A DNA stretch of 64,000 bases from Isurus oxyrinchus (lineage: Eukaryota). This document shows positions 35,601 through 47,292 of the stretch, one piece after another (positions within the stretch are counted from its first letter, which is position 1; the number at the start of each line of letters is the position of its first letter). The DNA lies in the NCBI GenBank assembly GCA_026770705.1, contig JANJGN010000546.1, forward strand, positions 124,001 through 188,000, given 5' to 3'. The notes beneath the pieces are model-generated. The model saw only the letters and a program-made list of their open reading frames with translations, was not told the origin of the DNA and did no database searches. The position numbers and the translations under genes are program-made.

Positions 35601-38600
35601 GCATGGAAGGTATGAAGAGAATTTGCATTTTTATTTCAATGAAGGGGTTGTTGGATTTCAAAGGAATCTTAGCTTGTTTACAACTAGCCAGATAAGCAAG
35701 ACTAATGAATGTGCTTATTTTTCTCAAAGACTCCTGGCAATATGGGCACCACGAAAGAATTTGTTATGAGGAAGAGACAGTTTCAAAAACATTTGGAACA
35801 ATAGAATTTTCATGTTACAAAGAGAGAAATATATATCTATCAGGGAGAATGAAAGGCTATGTGTCAGAATGCCATGTAAGATCTAACACGAGTGTGTGAT
35901 ATAGTCTTAATGAAACCTCAAGCATTTGTGCACAAGCCTGCTATCCAACAGAACTGAAGTTGGGGAAAAGCCACTTGGAATTCCTCTGTGCAGGGTATTG
36001 CTATTGTATTGTGTTAACTTGCTGAGTTGTTTTAAATCTAACATCTATTTTTAGTCTGTTGCCTTAAAGGGAGTGTAACTGGGAGTCAGGTTAATTTGGA
36101 ATTTTAAGAATTATTATAGTGGTAATTGTAGAGTTATGTATGTGCTTGAAATCTTTTATTTTGAGAGCAAGAATTTTAATTTAATTTTCAAATCTCTAAA
36201 GGTCTTGGTGTAATTATTGCTTCTGAATTCAGTGCACACATCTCATAATAAATACAAATTGCAAAATCATTATGATAGTGTGACCACCTTTCTCTCATGG
36301 ACTTGGTCTGCCTGGCACACATCACCTGCCAAGTGATAACACTGTTGTAATATGCCTTTCAGGGACAGCAGCATGACATCACTCGAGGGGAAGTGTGTCA
36401 TGTGATTTTAGAACTGGGTATAGCTTAAGTAAGTTCTATGTGTATTTGTGTGTGTTAGGGATAAGGTATATGTTTAAGTTCAAGTTTAGTTTGATTTCTG
36501 TATTTGTGTGTTAAGAAAGGGGGAAACTTCAGTTTTGGTTTCATTTTCATTTAGCAATCTAATCGGGTTTGATGTCTCTTGAAGGAAAGTCAAAACAAAC
36601 ACAAGGTGTAAGAAACTGTGCTGTTGCTAAGCAACAGTGATCCAGAGGGACGGACCCATAGAGACAGAGAAAAACAGAAATGTGCTTTCAGTTTGGTTGA
36701 AAGGAGTTGCCAGGAGAAGCAGCAAAGGAGCGGGACAGATAGTCAGTCCCAAAGTAAAGAAGAAGCCAAATCTATCGAGTGGAACAGGAGAAAGAGCCAA
36801 GAAGACCTTCTACTCCAAAGAAGATCAGGAATCTGAAAAAGGTCCTGTTAAGTCGAGATAAGATTGAGGAGCAGAGGAGGGATCCAAGCTAAAAGAGAAA
36901 AAGCAAAAGGACACAGACATAAAGCAAAAAAGGCTTATTAGAAGCCAGAAGATCATAGGAGACAGCCAAATGTTGATGTCTTCTTACTATGACCATGTGA
37001 AGCCATGGTGTTCCATTGGCATGACTGAGCATTGGAAAGACAACGCGTAGAAGGAAGGCTGAATGCACGTGGCGATCCAGGGGGCAGGAACATGGGAAGG
37101 AGAGTTTGAAATCGTGGAAGTGGACCCTTGTGGAAGGTCTCTGAGTGAAAGTGTCATGTTAGAGAAGATTCCAAAGAGAGCACTTGACGAGTAGAGATTG
37201 GAAACTCTCATGTGAAAGATACAGTTTTGTAAGACCAGTTGCCTCATGGTGTAACAAGTGTCTGGAGTCAGTTGAGCTGAAACCCATAGCATTTGTTCCA
37301 ATTGGGGTCTATCACTTGGATACAGAATGTGGTGTCCCTGACGCCAGGTCGTCTATTGGTTTGCATGAACTGTGTACTTAGTGTTAACATGAGAGTATAA
37401 GATAGTTATTGTAACTTGTATTCTACTTATGAATCTGTAAATGTATAGGTCTGGGTGAAGGAGTAATGTAATATAATCAGTCTTTCCTAGTTTAATAAAT
37501 GTTTTATTCTTTTGTTAGAAGGTCATCAGATGATTCCTGTGACTCTGTTCAGTAGCCGCACTCCACATTCCTAAATAAAAAATAAAAGTTAGGACCTATC
37601 AAGCTGAGCTCCACCCTGGGATCTGACTTGCCCAGTAGTAACATCAGCTGGGATGATAACACCATCCAGTCCAAGTTTCACTTTGGCCTGTGAGCAGAAC
37701 ACAGCTCACACAGTTTGGCTGCAGGTGTCTCCCAGCTTTCTATCCTTGTATATCTGTTCTCATGTCCCTATTCTAAATAAATGAACGCACAATGTATTTA
37801 CCCAATTCTGTATCAGTGGCTGGTGCCTTTATATCATTATAAAAACACAACATGGTGATCAGCGGTGGCCAAACATTCTGGCAGCAAGATTCAGTACAGG
37901 TATGACGTGGTGAACAGCCTTAGATCGAGCTACATGGCATGAGACAACCCTCGACGCTTTGGTCAGACCACAACAGAGACACAGCATCAGAGAGGGTTGA
38001 AATCGCAGTGTCCTGACTGCTCAGGAAACCTTTGAAGACACAGTGACGGGAAAGAGCTCAAGTAAAGAGCTGGGGAGCAGACGGATCCCTCGTGGTGAGA
38101 TTACAGCACACGGCCTGTAGGTCAATGAGTGGGACAGTGTGTATCGCCAGGACCAGCAGCGGGTTAGCTCAGTCAGGGAAGGCGAGTGACCAGGGTGTGG
38201 GCTGGATCGATAGTGAGCAAGGGAGAGTCAAACACACAAAAACCATTATAAAAATCAGCCCAGAGAAGTTAGTGATTATACCGGGCGGCTTCGAGATTGC
38301 TGAACAGCAAATTGAATAAAAAACAAAGACTCCATTACTCCGTGGTGTGTTCCTGCCACAACCCGTCTTCGTGGGCGGAGCTTCGGAAAAGCATACGAAA
38401 GGGGCTAAAGCGACACTCATCCCAGGTCCTGTAGGAGAAGGAAGGTCAAAGGAATATTGTCAGAATGTCCACGAAATTCCCCAGTTTGAACTGGGATGTA
38501 GCTGACCGACTATCTGAATTCAGGATGTTTAAACAGCGTACAGAGCTCTGGTTTCCTGATTCAGGTGTGACTGAACCAGACGAGCAAGCCATAAAAATTC

Positions 38601-41600
38601 ACCTCGCGATTGGGAATGAAGGTCTACACAGGCCGAACACGTCAGGATTAACAGCAGAAGAGTGAAAGGATCCCCAATAGATATGGACGACATTGGAAGA
38701 CAGGTTCAGAATCAGGTGAAACTCCATATTCATCAACTAGAGTTTATGTCATTTCATCAGCCTACACAATCCATAGACCACTTCATCAGCCGATGTAGAG
38801 AAAAGGATACGCACTGTGATTTCAAACACAGAGTCTGCAGACAGAGTTGTTGAGTTGGCGATCGCATCCACTCCCATGGAAGCCTTCCAGAAAGCTCTGC
38901 TAGATAAGACCAAAACCTATAGCATTGAAGAGCTACTCAAGGATAGACATAAATACGAATGGATCCTCACAGGTCAACGAAGATTACAGGTCCTCTGTAC
39001 AACATCAATTGTTGACACACTCACTAGAACATCCAAACCTAGTGAGACGTGTGGAAGGTGTGGCCTTCTGCAGGCACCAAGGAAATGCCCAGCTTTCCAG
39101 CAATCCTGCAAGGCTTGTGGCAGAAAGGGCCATTGACAGCGGCAGGGCACTAGAGCAAAGGCTGATGCAGCTACAAAGAGCCGTGTGCTGATCCAAAATA
39201 ACCCTACACAGCGGGGAAACTTCAAGCAATAAGAATGACCATCCGCTATCCCATCAGGAACATATACATGCGGTGACTGACAAACCAGGAAATGGCAATG
39301 ATGTGCACGATGAGACGAGGAGCGGTGATCGATATTCCACCTCTCACACATATCCTGACGTGGCTTGCCAATAAATTGTGGATTGTTGTCCTTAATGATA
39401 TCTCTCAGCACATCAAATAAACTGAAAATGTCCCATAGCGGTGGGATTTTCTGGCCCCACCCACTGCCAGGATTGTCCAGACCGGCCGAAAGCCAATGGA
39501 TTTATATTTGTCCCAATCTCCCACGGCAGGTCCTACCATGACTGGGCCAGAAAACCCCAGCCTAGAGTTTGTGCAGCACTTGTGCTCAACATGTTGTGCA
39601 ATTGTTGAACAATTTCACACCTTTTACACCATCAATCTCATGGAGAACAGATGCCGTCACATCACCTGCACTATTGGCCAAGATTCCAATTATCTGCCCT
39701 GAGAAAGTTGCTACCTCCCCTTTATTGGCCAAGATTGACACAGGGGCAAGTGCCAACATTCCCCTCCCCCAGCCCACTCCAGCAAATTTTCAAAGACATG
39801 TATCCAAGGATATGGAAGTCCATGGGGAAACCTATTGCTGTGTACAACACTTCACCAACTCCATGTGCAGAATCCATAGTCCTGGAGTGCAAGTACAATC
39901 AATCCTCCTGGGTGTCACAGATGTTCTACATTGTTGGAGACTAAACGCTGAGCAATTACAATCTACCCGCATGCGGTGACCTCACACTAGTGACTATCCA
40001 TGGAATTTGTCAGACATCACATGGGTCAACCTCAGAAACTACCCCATCACCTCAGTTCATGCCATAACATTGAAATATGCAGAAAGTTTCAACAGTATTG
40101 GTAGTTTCAAGGTAGCTGCAACATTACACCTGCAGGAGAATGCAAGTCTGTCAATTGATCCAGTACATTTAGCACAACAGAAATGACAGCAGCTACAAGA
40201 GGGAACAGTGAAAAATTCTACAGGAACTGTGGAAATATCATTGAAGCGTGGCCTGATTCAATTTGACCTGATCGGCATAAGCGAGGCATCTCCCAGGGAA
40301 CCATTTTTAAAGACAGGCAGGGCATCATACCGGAACATTTGTGATCCTATATTCTTCAACAACTTCATCCCTCACACATGGACACAGATCAGACAAGGAG
40401 ACTCACAAGAGATACAGTCACTGGCCGGGTATGAACAATGACCTTGAAGTCGTTTGTAGGGAAGTACAAGGCTTGTCAAGAGGCTTGTCAAAGAACCACT
40501 GATTCCACAGGAAATTCCTGCCCATTCTTAGTCCAAAATCTGAATCCTTTCATGTCCATGTCACTGACTTCATCGTCATTGTCGACAGCTTTACCAGATA
40601 TCCCGTTATTCAAAAAAAGCACAACACACCAAGCACAACTTCTGCACACACTCTAAGCACTATTTTCAGTTTCTTTGGTGAACCTAGGGACATGATTACA
40701 GATAATCTGGAATATCAATCACACTACTTCTTCTCCTCATTACCCCAGATCTAACAGCCTAGCTGAATGAATGATTCACACAGTGAAATCCCTAATTCTC
40801 AAATGTAGACAGACCAAGCAAGATCCACACATTGCAATGTTACATCTGAGATCAACACCTACAACTGCAACTTTGTTAAATTCATTCATGGGATGTGGGA
40901 GTCACTGGCCAGGCCAGGATTTATTACCCATCCCTAATGTAAGAGATAACCACATTGACGTGGAGTCTGGAGTCACATGTCTGCCAGATAATTTTGTTCC
41001 CTAAAGGGCACTGGTGAGCCAGGTGGGATTTCTAACAATGGTTTTGTGGTCATCACTAGACTTTGAATTTCATATTTTTATTAAATTCAAATTCCATCAT
41101 CTATTATGGCCGGATTTGAACCCATATTCTCAGGATATTACCCTGGGTCTCTGAATTACTCGTCCAGCAACAATACCACTACACCATCACCTCACCTTAT
41201 TCCATCACTGACAGAGATCATGTTTCGTGTGCCAGTAGTGACCAATTTCGCTACTCTTACCCATTCTACTCTCTCAGAAACCAGAGAGCAACTTTTAAAA
41301 CTACAAGAGAAGATAAGGAATGTTCATGATAAAAATGGAGGTGCAGAGTTGCCAAGTTTACAGTTGGGACAAGTTCACATCCAGGATCCCACAGAAGGTT
41401 CATGATCACCAGCCGAGGTGACAAGGATTTGTTCAGAACCAAGGGGCTATGGAGTCAAACACACAAGGGCACAGCGGTGAGGTGGAACCGAGGATAACTC
41501 AGATCCATTCCCGTTCCTATTCCATCGAGGAGCAGATCCCACATGAAATCAGGATCAGCATCCAAGGGTGACAATCCCACAGATCACGGTGAGCAGTTAA

Positions 41601-43919
41601 AGACACCTCCAGACAAGGTAACCAGCACAAGATCTGGGTGTACCAGAAGGTTAAATCCACACTTTAGAGACTCAAATATTCAACAGTTCCATGCACTTAT
41701 GTAATTGCCAATAAACATGAACATGATATGAGAAACCGCTTGTTCCCTGCCCTTCTCAAAGATCCATTCCTGCAGCAGGAGCCTGAAGAGTTATTGAAAA
41801 GGGACTTAATTTATCGGATTGTAGAATGATTCGGAACAGAAGGAAGCCATTTGGCCCATCGAGCCTGTGCTGGGCCTTTGAAAGATCTGTCCAGTTAGTC
41901 CCACTCTAACCTCTGCTCTCTCCTCCACAGCCCTGCAAAATGTCCCCTTCAAGTATTTATCCAGTTCCTGCAAGGCTTGTGGCAGAAAGGGCCATTGACA
42001 GCGGCAGGGCACTAGAGCAAAGGCTGATGCCGCTACAAAGAGCTGTGCGCTGATCCAAACTAACCCTACACAACGGGGAACCTTCAAGCAATAAGAATGA
42101 CCATCCCCTATCCCATCAGGAACATAGACATGTGGTGACTGACAAACCAGGAAATGGCGATGATGTGCATGGCGAGACGAGGAGCGGTGATCGATATTCC
42201 ACCTCTCACACATATCCTGACGTGGCTTGCCAATAAATTGTGGATTGAGGTCTTTATTGATCTCTCTGGGCACATCAAATAAACTGAAAATGTCCCAAGG
42301 GGTGGGATTTGCTGGCCCCACCCACTGCCAGGATTGTCCGGACCAGCCGAAAGCCAAAGGATTTATGTCTGTCCCAGTCTCAGAAACTACTCCATCACCT
42401 CAGTTCATGACATAACATTGAAATATGCAGAAAGTTTCAACAATATTGGCAATTTCAAGGGAGCTGGAACATCACACCTGCAGGAGAATACAAGTCTGTC
42501 AGACTCCTTGCATTAAAATAATTGCAATCCAACTTTGCCATTCTATCTTCTGCCAATAATTTCTCTGCCTTCCAGGTTCATTTGCTCTCTCTTCTAATTT
42601 TGGCTGTGCATCTCCCTTTGGTCAACCTCTTTTTGGGATCCCATCCCCTGCCATGTTAGTTTAAAGCCTCCCCAGTTGCATCAAGGGTAAAATGCCAATT
42701 GAAACCAGGGACAACATCAAAGAATGACAATCCCACAGATCAATGTGAGCAATTAAAGACACCTCCAGACAAGGTTCCCACCACAAGACCTGGGCGTAAC
42801 AGCAGATTACCTCTATGCTTTAGAGACTTAAATATTCAACAGATCTATACATTTATGTAATTGTCAAGAATTATGAAAATGATACCAGAAACCTCTTGTT
42901 CTCTGTCCTTGTCAAAGATCCATCCCTGCAGCCGGAGCCTGAAGAGTTATTGATGTGGGGCTTAATTTGTCAGATTGTAGAATGATCTGGAACAGAAGGA
43001 AGCCATTTGGTCCATCCAGCCTGTGCTGGGCCTTTGAAAGATCTGTCCAATTAGTCCCACTCTCACCTCTGCTCTCTCCTCCACAGCCCTGCAAAATGTC
43101 CCCTTCAAGTATTTATCCAGTTCCCCTTCTGAAAGTTCCTGTTGAATCTGCTTCCACCGCCCTTTCAGGCAGTGAGTCAATGGTCTCTCTCTGAGCTGCA
43201 AAGTGCTCAGATTCTGTGAAATTTAAACTCTGCAGCAGGTCAGAGACAATTATGATAACTCAGAATATTTGACAGTTTTACACACAGACAGCTTTGCCTT
43301 CCTTCTCTCTTTCAGTTATCTTGCTCCCTTATTGAAGTATCTAGCAAGGTGAGAATGGACAGGAAGTGTGACACTGAACAGCCTGTCTATTCTAGGAGCT
43401 GCTGTGTTGTCTTCATGGGAAATTCTGACAAAATCAGCAAAAGACACAAAATTTCAGGGCATGGTTATCCGTGTCCTAGCATCGGGATAGACCTCAACCC
43501 CCAGTTTTTATCCCTGATTCTCTATTCAGCCGATCGCTTCCCTGTCACTCACTGACCTACACTGACTCCCAGTACAGCAATGACTCAAATTTCAAATTCT
43601 CATCATCGATTTCTTACCACACCATCCCCCCTCTACACTCTCTATCTGTGTAACCTCCTCCAACCCTAAAACCCTCTGAGATCTCTGCTCTCCTCCAATT
43701 CTGCTGTCAGACATGGAGTCAGTGAATATCAGTGAGCACAGGGGTGATGGGTGAATGGGACTTGGTGTGGGTTTGTACACTGGCTCACTGCTGAATCGTT
43801 TCCCAATCACAGCTCAATAAGAATGATCTTTTACAAAGACTATTAACCATAAATCTGTCCAAGCTGACGATGTTATTACCTTGGAGAAGTGACAGGAGGA
43901 AGTAAGATTTCCCGATCAT
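20356..43919 (-). CDS. Gene A: Siglec/MAG-like inhibitory receptor, predicted 599 aa (multi-exon)
   Basis: Exons 43880-43919, 31823-32191, 30713-31009, 28053-28328, 26914-27207, 25859-25955, 22058-22139, 20840-20935 and 20356-20604 total 1800 nt. All junctions are GT-AG with compatible phases (1,1,1,1,1,2,0,0) and there are no internal stops. Confidence 0.75.
20840..20935 (-). CDS. Gene A cytoplasmic exon 2 (distal copy)
   Basis: Polypyrimidine tract then gattacaag|GTT. Reads VHVTEPHTRHLSAESKPSLTRAITEGVRDLQR. Donor AGG|gtcagt lies inside the 33-bp repeat. 96 nt, phase 0-0. Confidence 0.6.
22058..22139 (-). CDS. Gene A cytoplasmic exon 1 (distal copy)
   Basis: tattacag|G then RKTAMEERVSGTSDIALTPSPLSVKHQ|gtacag. 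82 nt, phase 2-0, fits the TM exon. Confidence 0.8.
22265..22700 (+). mobile_element. LINE 3' end (duplicated at 25265-25700)
   Basis: IKKLDTIQDKAARLI...CTIYKMHCSNSARLLQQHLPNPRPLP. Same family as 18075-19120 and 57430-58450. Confidence 0.8.
23352..23600 (-). CDS. Duplicated terminal exon (proximal copy) lacking ITIM/ITSM
   Basis: Same acceptor and same 249-nt open frame as 20356-20604, but ends ...EEFLYANPQVLRMSSGDGSVHREEETELAQIRFEHN*. Confidence 0.75.
   Translation of the reverse strand, partial: GKQNVLITEPRNTTRATTSEGETPAPRGLSEGPVGGDVGHGNPDKPEEFLYANPQVLRMSSGDGSVHREEETELAQIRFEHN
24003..24097 (-). pseudogene. Duplicated cytoplasmic exon 2 (proximal copy), frameshifted
   Basis: 95 nt versus 96 nt in the distal copy. 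A 1-nt deletion gives VHVIEPLPDT*. Confidence 0.75.
24171..24918 (+). mobile_element. Solo LTR in the tail intron (paralogous copy at about 20990-21922)
   Basis: tgtcatga...tcataaca termini and an internal AATAAA. Present in both tail duplicates. The distal copy has an extra CR1-tail insertion at about 21318-21490. Confidence 0.65.
25054..25135 (-). CDS. Duplicated cytoplasmic exon 1 (proximal copy), intact
   Basis: tattgcag|G then RKTVTEERVSGTRDIALTPSPLSVMRK|gtacag. 82 nt, phase 2-0. Confidence 0.8.
25859..25955 (-). CDS. Gene A transmembrane exon (uncharged)
   Basis: tttttacag|GT then RDSSKWTVGLFTAGIMLSVFLAGIFIFICVR AA|gtaagt. 97 nt, phase 1-2. Confidence 0.9.
26378..26562. repeat. AT-rich ~37-bp minisatellite
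   Basis: Five copies of tctcgatgtaatctatgtaatatttatatataatttt. Confidence 0.9.
26914..27207 (-). CDS. Gene A membrane-proximal Ig domain (MAG domain-5-like)
   Basis: KPEISQQSECTQRSEGVTCVCVATSNPSGDLTWHLPS...TSCSVQNPHGEDMFKVYLWVK. The SxC...CxCxxxSNP pattern is typical of MAG D5. 294 nt, phase 1-1. Confidence 0.88.
28053..28328 (-). CDS. Gene A C2-set Ig exon
   Basis: PPQETMVSIS...IREGSNITLTCSSESVPPISHYTWFR...DAGFYCTARNSMGNSTSNITHLNVQ. 276 nt, phase 1-1. Confidence 0.92.
28480..30120 (+). mobile_element. Penelope-like retroelement, 3' portion
   Basis: RT C-terminal LPFLDL...TNIHYKPTD, then GIY-YIG endonuclease LFYCIHCSQCGLLYIGDTKHRLGDR...EH...HFN...GLNIEF. The tail carries a hammerhead-like motif at 30058. 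Confidence 0.88.
30449..30514 (-). pseudogene. Remnant 3' end of a deleted C2 (D3) exon in gene A
   Basis: YQCVAENEHGAVEGFITITVE T|gtgagt matches the end of the full exons at 58488-58769 and 59259-59540. About 215 nt of the 5' part and the acceptor are missing. Confidence 0.85.
30713..31009 (-). CDS. Gene A second Ig domain (Siglec D2)
   Basis: FTDKPTIFPAEIIAGKRVDVSCTFNTTCNGTAAPVLTW...SVLTLIPSLKHHGQTLSCRV. Has the extra Cys for the V-D2 disulfide. 297 nt, phase 1-1. Confidence 0.93.
31823..32191 (-). CDS. Gene A V-set sialic-acid-binding exon
   Basis: GLSQEW...EGSCVQIPCHYSYP...GVWF...RTRLSGDLKDGDCSLIINNIRREDAGPYFFRIEF...YNY. The essential Arg is present in YFFR. 369 nt, phase 1-1. Confidence 0.95.
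32290..33050 (+). mobile_element. CR1-clade LINE 3' fragment with tail
   Basis: VQRDLGVLVHESQK...FKTEMRRNFLSQRGASLWNSLPQRAVEA, ending in the gaggggccgaatggcctgctcctgttcct tail. Confidence 0.85.
33170..34380 (-). mobile_element. L2-clade LINE fragment
   Basis: ETALIKVTNGIL...LLVLLDLSAAFDTLDHTILL...LQLNIGKTE...FHLRNIARL. Related tail at about 27280-27920. Confidence 0.85.
34640..35013 (-). pseudogene. Second V-set exon inside gene A, 1-nt frameshift near the 3' end
   Basis: Acceptor and donor are intact, but the length is 374 nt (not 3n). Reads ...EDAGYYLFRTDFDSRNRYND then shifts relative to YNYYPVTQLHVS. Confidence 0.88.
35417..36341 (+). mobile_element. Solo LTR, same family as 19122-20066
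   Basis: tgtga...gataaca termini, imperfect TSD ctat/ctgt, reverse-complement similarity to 19122-20066. Confidence 0.7.
36346..37661 (+). mobile_element. Probable second solo LTR (~1.3 kb)
   Basis: tgtaa...gataaca termini and AATAAA signals near 37493 and 37574. No clean TSD. Confidence 0.45.
37853..41680 (+). mobile_element. Degenerate Gypsy LTR retrotransposon internal region
   Basis: LTR-end caaca followed by PBS-like tggtgatcagcggtgg. Gag MSTKFPSLNWD...EFRMFKQR, knuckles CGRCG...CPAFQQSCKACGRKGH, protease AKIDTGASAN and integrase remnant HYPRSNSLAE. RT is largely deleted. Pieces are re-duplicated at 41966-42970. Confidence 0.8.
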
Positions 43920-43961
43920 TGTCCACTCCCAGATATTTCATTAGCTTCTGACTCTCAAACT
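43880..43961 (-). CDS. Gene A leader exon (CDS 43880-43919)
   Basis: ctttctctttcag| UTR, acaATG, MIGKSYFLLSLLQ G|gtaata. Joins the V exon as ...LLQ-V-GLSQ. Confidence 0.8.
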
Positions 43962-44369
43962 CTGAAAGAGAAAGGAGTTAAATAGACCTCACCTCTTGTC
44001 CGACAGCTCTCAAGAGATCAGAACTGCTTTTGGACAATGTCTTGACAGACTAATTTAATTCTCTGTGGGATGATAGGTACTCTGCAGAGAGTTACAAGGC
44101 TTTAAGAAAGAAAAACATTGAAGGATTTGCATTTCTATTGCACCTTTCACCACCTCAAGACGTCCCAAAGCTCATGTCTCTGCAATTCCCTCATCCCTTG
44201 AGCTAGAAAGATGTTCTGTACAACAGACTTGAGCCTCACACCCTGATCTCAATAATCAGTAGAAATCTTTCAAATGCATGAATCATTGGAATCTGTCTTT
44301 ATAAAGTCACAACATCAACAAAGGACGGTGTTGGTCATGGATGTGAATTCCAATCGTTCCGTTACTTAC

Positions 44370-44510
44370 CCAGGACCCGTCCGACTGCTCGTCTGGAGAG
44401 GAACTGCCCACACGCTCTGCTTGAGCTGAATGACCTCTTCCTGTGCTGCTCCCTCTGTGTGTTTAATTAGAAAGGGTGGATGTGTCACTGTGAGACAAAA
44501 TGAGGAAGTG
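44370..44510 (-). promoter_or_regulatory. Probable 5'-UTR exon (44370-44454) and PU.1/Ets-type site of gene A
   Basis: Donor TGG|gtaagt about 400 bp upstream of the leader exon. AAAATGAGGAAGTG at 44497-44510 fits the PU.1/SpiB consensus. Paralogous copies at 50814-50880, 51450-51510 and 56184-56325. Confidence 0.55.
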
Positions 44511-46074
44511 GGTAACCAGTAAGAAGATCGAGGATGTTTTGTGCTCTCAGCAAAACGTTTACCATCTGATGATCTGTCAGCTCATATATGGGCATCTATA
44601 GTCATGAAGCTTCTCCATTGGCTCCGTGGGATTAGACTCCTCCCCCTCACCTCGGAGGCTGAAACTCAGGCGATAAGAGTTCCCAATACAGCTCTCTGGC
44701 CTTATGATTCATTTCAACGATCCCTGTTATCATTACGGAGGGAGTGCTGCACTGTCAGTGGGACAGTACTGTGGGAGTGCTGCACTGTGGGAGGGTCAGT
44801 ACTGAGGGAGTGCTGCACTAGCAGGGGGTCAGTAATGTGGGGGTGCTGCAATATCAGAGGGTGAGCAATGTGGGAGTGCTGCATTGTCAGAGGTTCAGTA
44901 ATGAGGGAGTGCTGCAATGTAGGAGGGACAGTAGTGAGGGAGTGCTGCACTGTCAGAGGGTCAGTAATGTGAGAGTGCTGCACTGTCAGAGGGTCAGTGA
45001 TGAGGGAGTGCTGCACTATCAGATGGTCAGTAATGTGGGAGTGCTGAACAGTCAGCGTGTCTGTACTGAGTGAGTTCCACACAGTCGGAGGCTCAGTATT
45101 GAGGGGGTGCCGGACTGTGGGATGGTTAATACTGAGGTAGAGCGGAGTAAGAGCAGATATCCTTTCATGGCAAAGTTTAACTGGAATTTATTTAAACAGA
45201 GATTCTTGTACTGTGTGTTATTGCAAAAGAAAGGATTTGAGGAACTAAGTCTTGTTCCCGTAAGCCTAAAAATAATTTTCACTGATTTCAATGATGTAGC
45301 AATGGAACCTCCCTCTTTGGGCACCAATCTTGATTGAAACAACTTGCGCAGCACAGTGGGAGTACTGATAGAGTGCTGCACTGTGGGAGGTTGAGTACTG
45401 AGGGAGTGCTGCACTGTCAGAGAGTCTGTACCGCGGGAGTGCTGAACTGTCGGAAGGTCAGTAGTGAGGGAGGGATACAGTGTCAGAGAATCAGTACTGA
45501 GGGAGTGCTGTACTGTGGGTGGGTGAGTACTGAGGGAGTGCTGCACTGTCAGATTGTCAGCCATGAGGGAATGCTGCACTGTCAGAAGGTTAGTGCTGAC
45601 GGGGTGCTGCACTTGAAAAGGGTCAATAATGAGGTTGTGCAGCACTGTCAGAGGGACAGTAATGAGGGAGCGCTGCACTGACGGAGGGTCAGCACTGAGG
45701 AAACGCTGCACTGTCAGTTCTGATTGTGGTCCGCAATGTCCTAAGTGCATTCTAGGCACTGCCCAAGATTCCGCCTGATGTCTGTGTAACAACAACATCA
45801 TGTACAAGTCAAGAATAATTCTCACTGTGTCAGTGCAGCAAGACAGCTTTGGAATGGCACCACCACTGGCAGGAGTGTGCAACTACAATGTGACATGTTT
45901 ACATTGGAAATTTCTATTATAAAGATGGGCAATGGAATTCATATGATGGAGAAAATGTGACAACATGAAGTAATGTCTTTGAGCCAAGAATTTGGCTGCA
46001 AAATAAGAATCTTAATCTATAAATATCTACAGAACAGGCTGAGCATTTTAATCACTTGAGTTAATCAATGTAAT

Positions 46075-46417
46075 TTTATTCATAACCCAAATGCCTCCTA
46101 CAATCTATCGCAGCATGAAAAAGGTGCAGCATTCAGAAAGCACATTCCAATCAGAGAACAGAGTTTAGCAACGGCACATTTCTGTTCATTCCTATTCGAC
46201 CATGTTGGCTGCACACAGCCAGACAATGCCGTGGTTATGATGTGTCCACACAGCAGGACTGGGGAGCACCAGGTATAAGGAAAGGTTTCAGCTTGCTGAG
46301 GAGAAGAAGGAGAATCTCTCGTTCCAGGTTTCTCTCCGTACATTAAGAAGCAGGCATGCCGATGTTTCATTGCACTCTGTCTGCTGATGGGAGTCCGCTT
46401 GGAAATTGCTGTTTGTG
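46075..46417 (-). other. Gene B terminal exon / 3' UTR
   Basis: Acceptor ttctttccatcag at 46418. The distal part is homologous to the gene A 3' UTR (20220-20330). AATAAA on the minus strand at 46075-46080. No ITIM recognised. Reading frame uncertain. Confidence 0.6.
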
Positions 46418-46434
46418 CTGATGGAAAGAATAAG

Positions 46435-47035
46435 CTTTTCATAAATCGAGGGACTGAGTACAAACACAGGGAGGTTATGCTGAACATTTATAAAGCTCTG
46501 GTTAGGTCACAACTAGAGTATTGTGTCCAGTTCTGGTCTCCTCACTTTGGGAAGGAAGTGAGGGTCCTTGAGAGGGTGGGGAGGAGATTGAGCAGAATGG
46601 GTCCAGGGATGAGGGATTTTAGCTACAAGGTTGGGTTGGAGAAGCTGGGGTTGTTCTCCTTGGAGCAAAGGAGATTGAGGGGGGATCTGATCGAGGTGTA
46701 CAAGATGATGATGGGTTTAGATAAGGCAGACAAAGAGAAGCTGTTGCCATTAGCTGATGGGACAAGGACAGGGGGACACAGATTGAAGGTTTTGGGCAGA
46801 GGGGGATGTGAGAAGGAACTTTTTTACACAGCGAGTGGTAATGAGCTGGAACTCGCTGCCTACGTGGATGGTGGAAATGGAGACGATGAACAATTTCAAA
46901 AGGAAATTGGACGGACACTTGGAACTAAACTCACAGGGATACGGGGATAGAGCGGGGGAATGGGACTGACTGGATTGCTCTACAGAGAGGCAGCATGGAC
47001 TCAATGGGCTGAATGGGCTCCCACTGTGCTGGAAT
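46435..47035 (+). mobile_element. CR1-clade LINE 3' fragment
   Basis: EYKHREVMLNIYKALVRSQLEYCVQFWSPH...LEKLGLFSLEQRRLRGDLIEVYKMM. Confidence 0.88.
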
Positions 47036-47152
47036 GCCTCTCTGATACGAAGGTGATTCTAACCAGGACACTAACCAGTTTCATTACAACTTAACACAAC
47101 ATCACACGTTATTTGTCCGCACTGACTAACCAGATTGTTGCTGTACAAAGCT

Positions 47153-47292
47153 TCAAACAGTCTGTCGACTTCCTTTCACTGTTTGTCTCTCCCAGACACA
47201 GACTCCAGCGATAGTGATAACCACAGCCACAAGGAATATCACAGCTCGTATTCCCAGGATCAGGATCACGTGCAGAATCTCTCCTCCACTGT
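47153..47292 (-). CDS. Gene B transmembrane exon with intramembrane Arg (activating type)
   Basis: tttctttctgtgtgttctctag|AC, phase 1. Reads SGGEILHVILILGIRAVIFLVAVVITIAGVCVWERQTVKGSRQTV*. The donor appears damaged (AAAG|gaagt at about 47173). Not in the ORF track. Confidence 0.8.

Noticed and set aside
20356-43919. Assigning the symbol MAG, CD22 or CD33 to gene A
   Set aside because: It mixes a MAG-like proximal domain with a CD33-like tail in a lineage-specific tandem cluster. Orthology needs phylogeny and synteny.
46098-46487. 129-aa ORF as a long cytoplasmic tail for gene B
   Set aside because: Its distal half is homologous to the gene A 3' UTR, its start is in a LINE, and the upstream donor is damaged, so the frame cannot be fixed.
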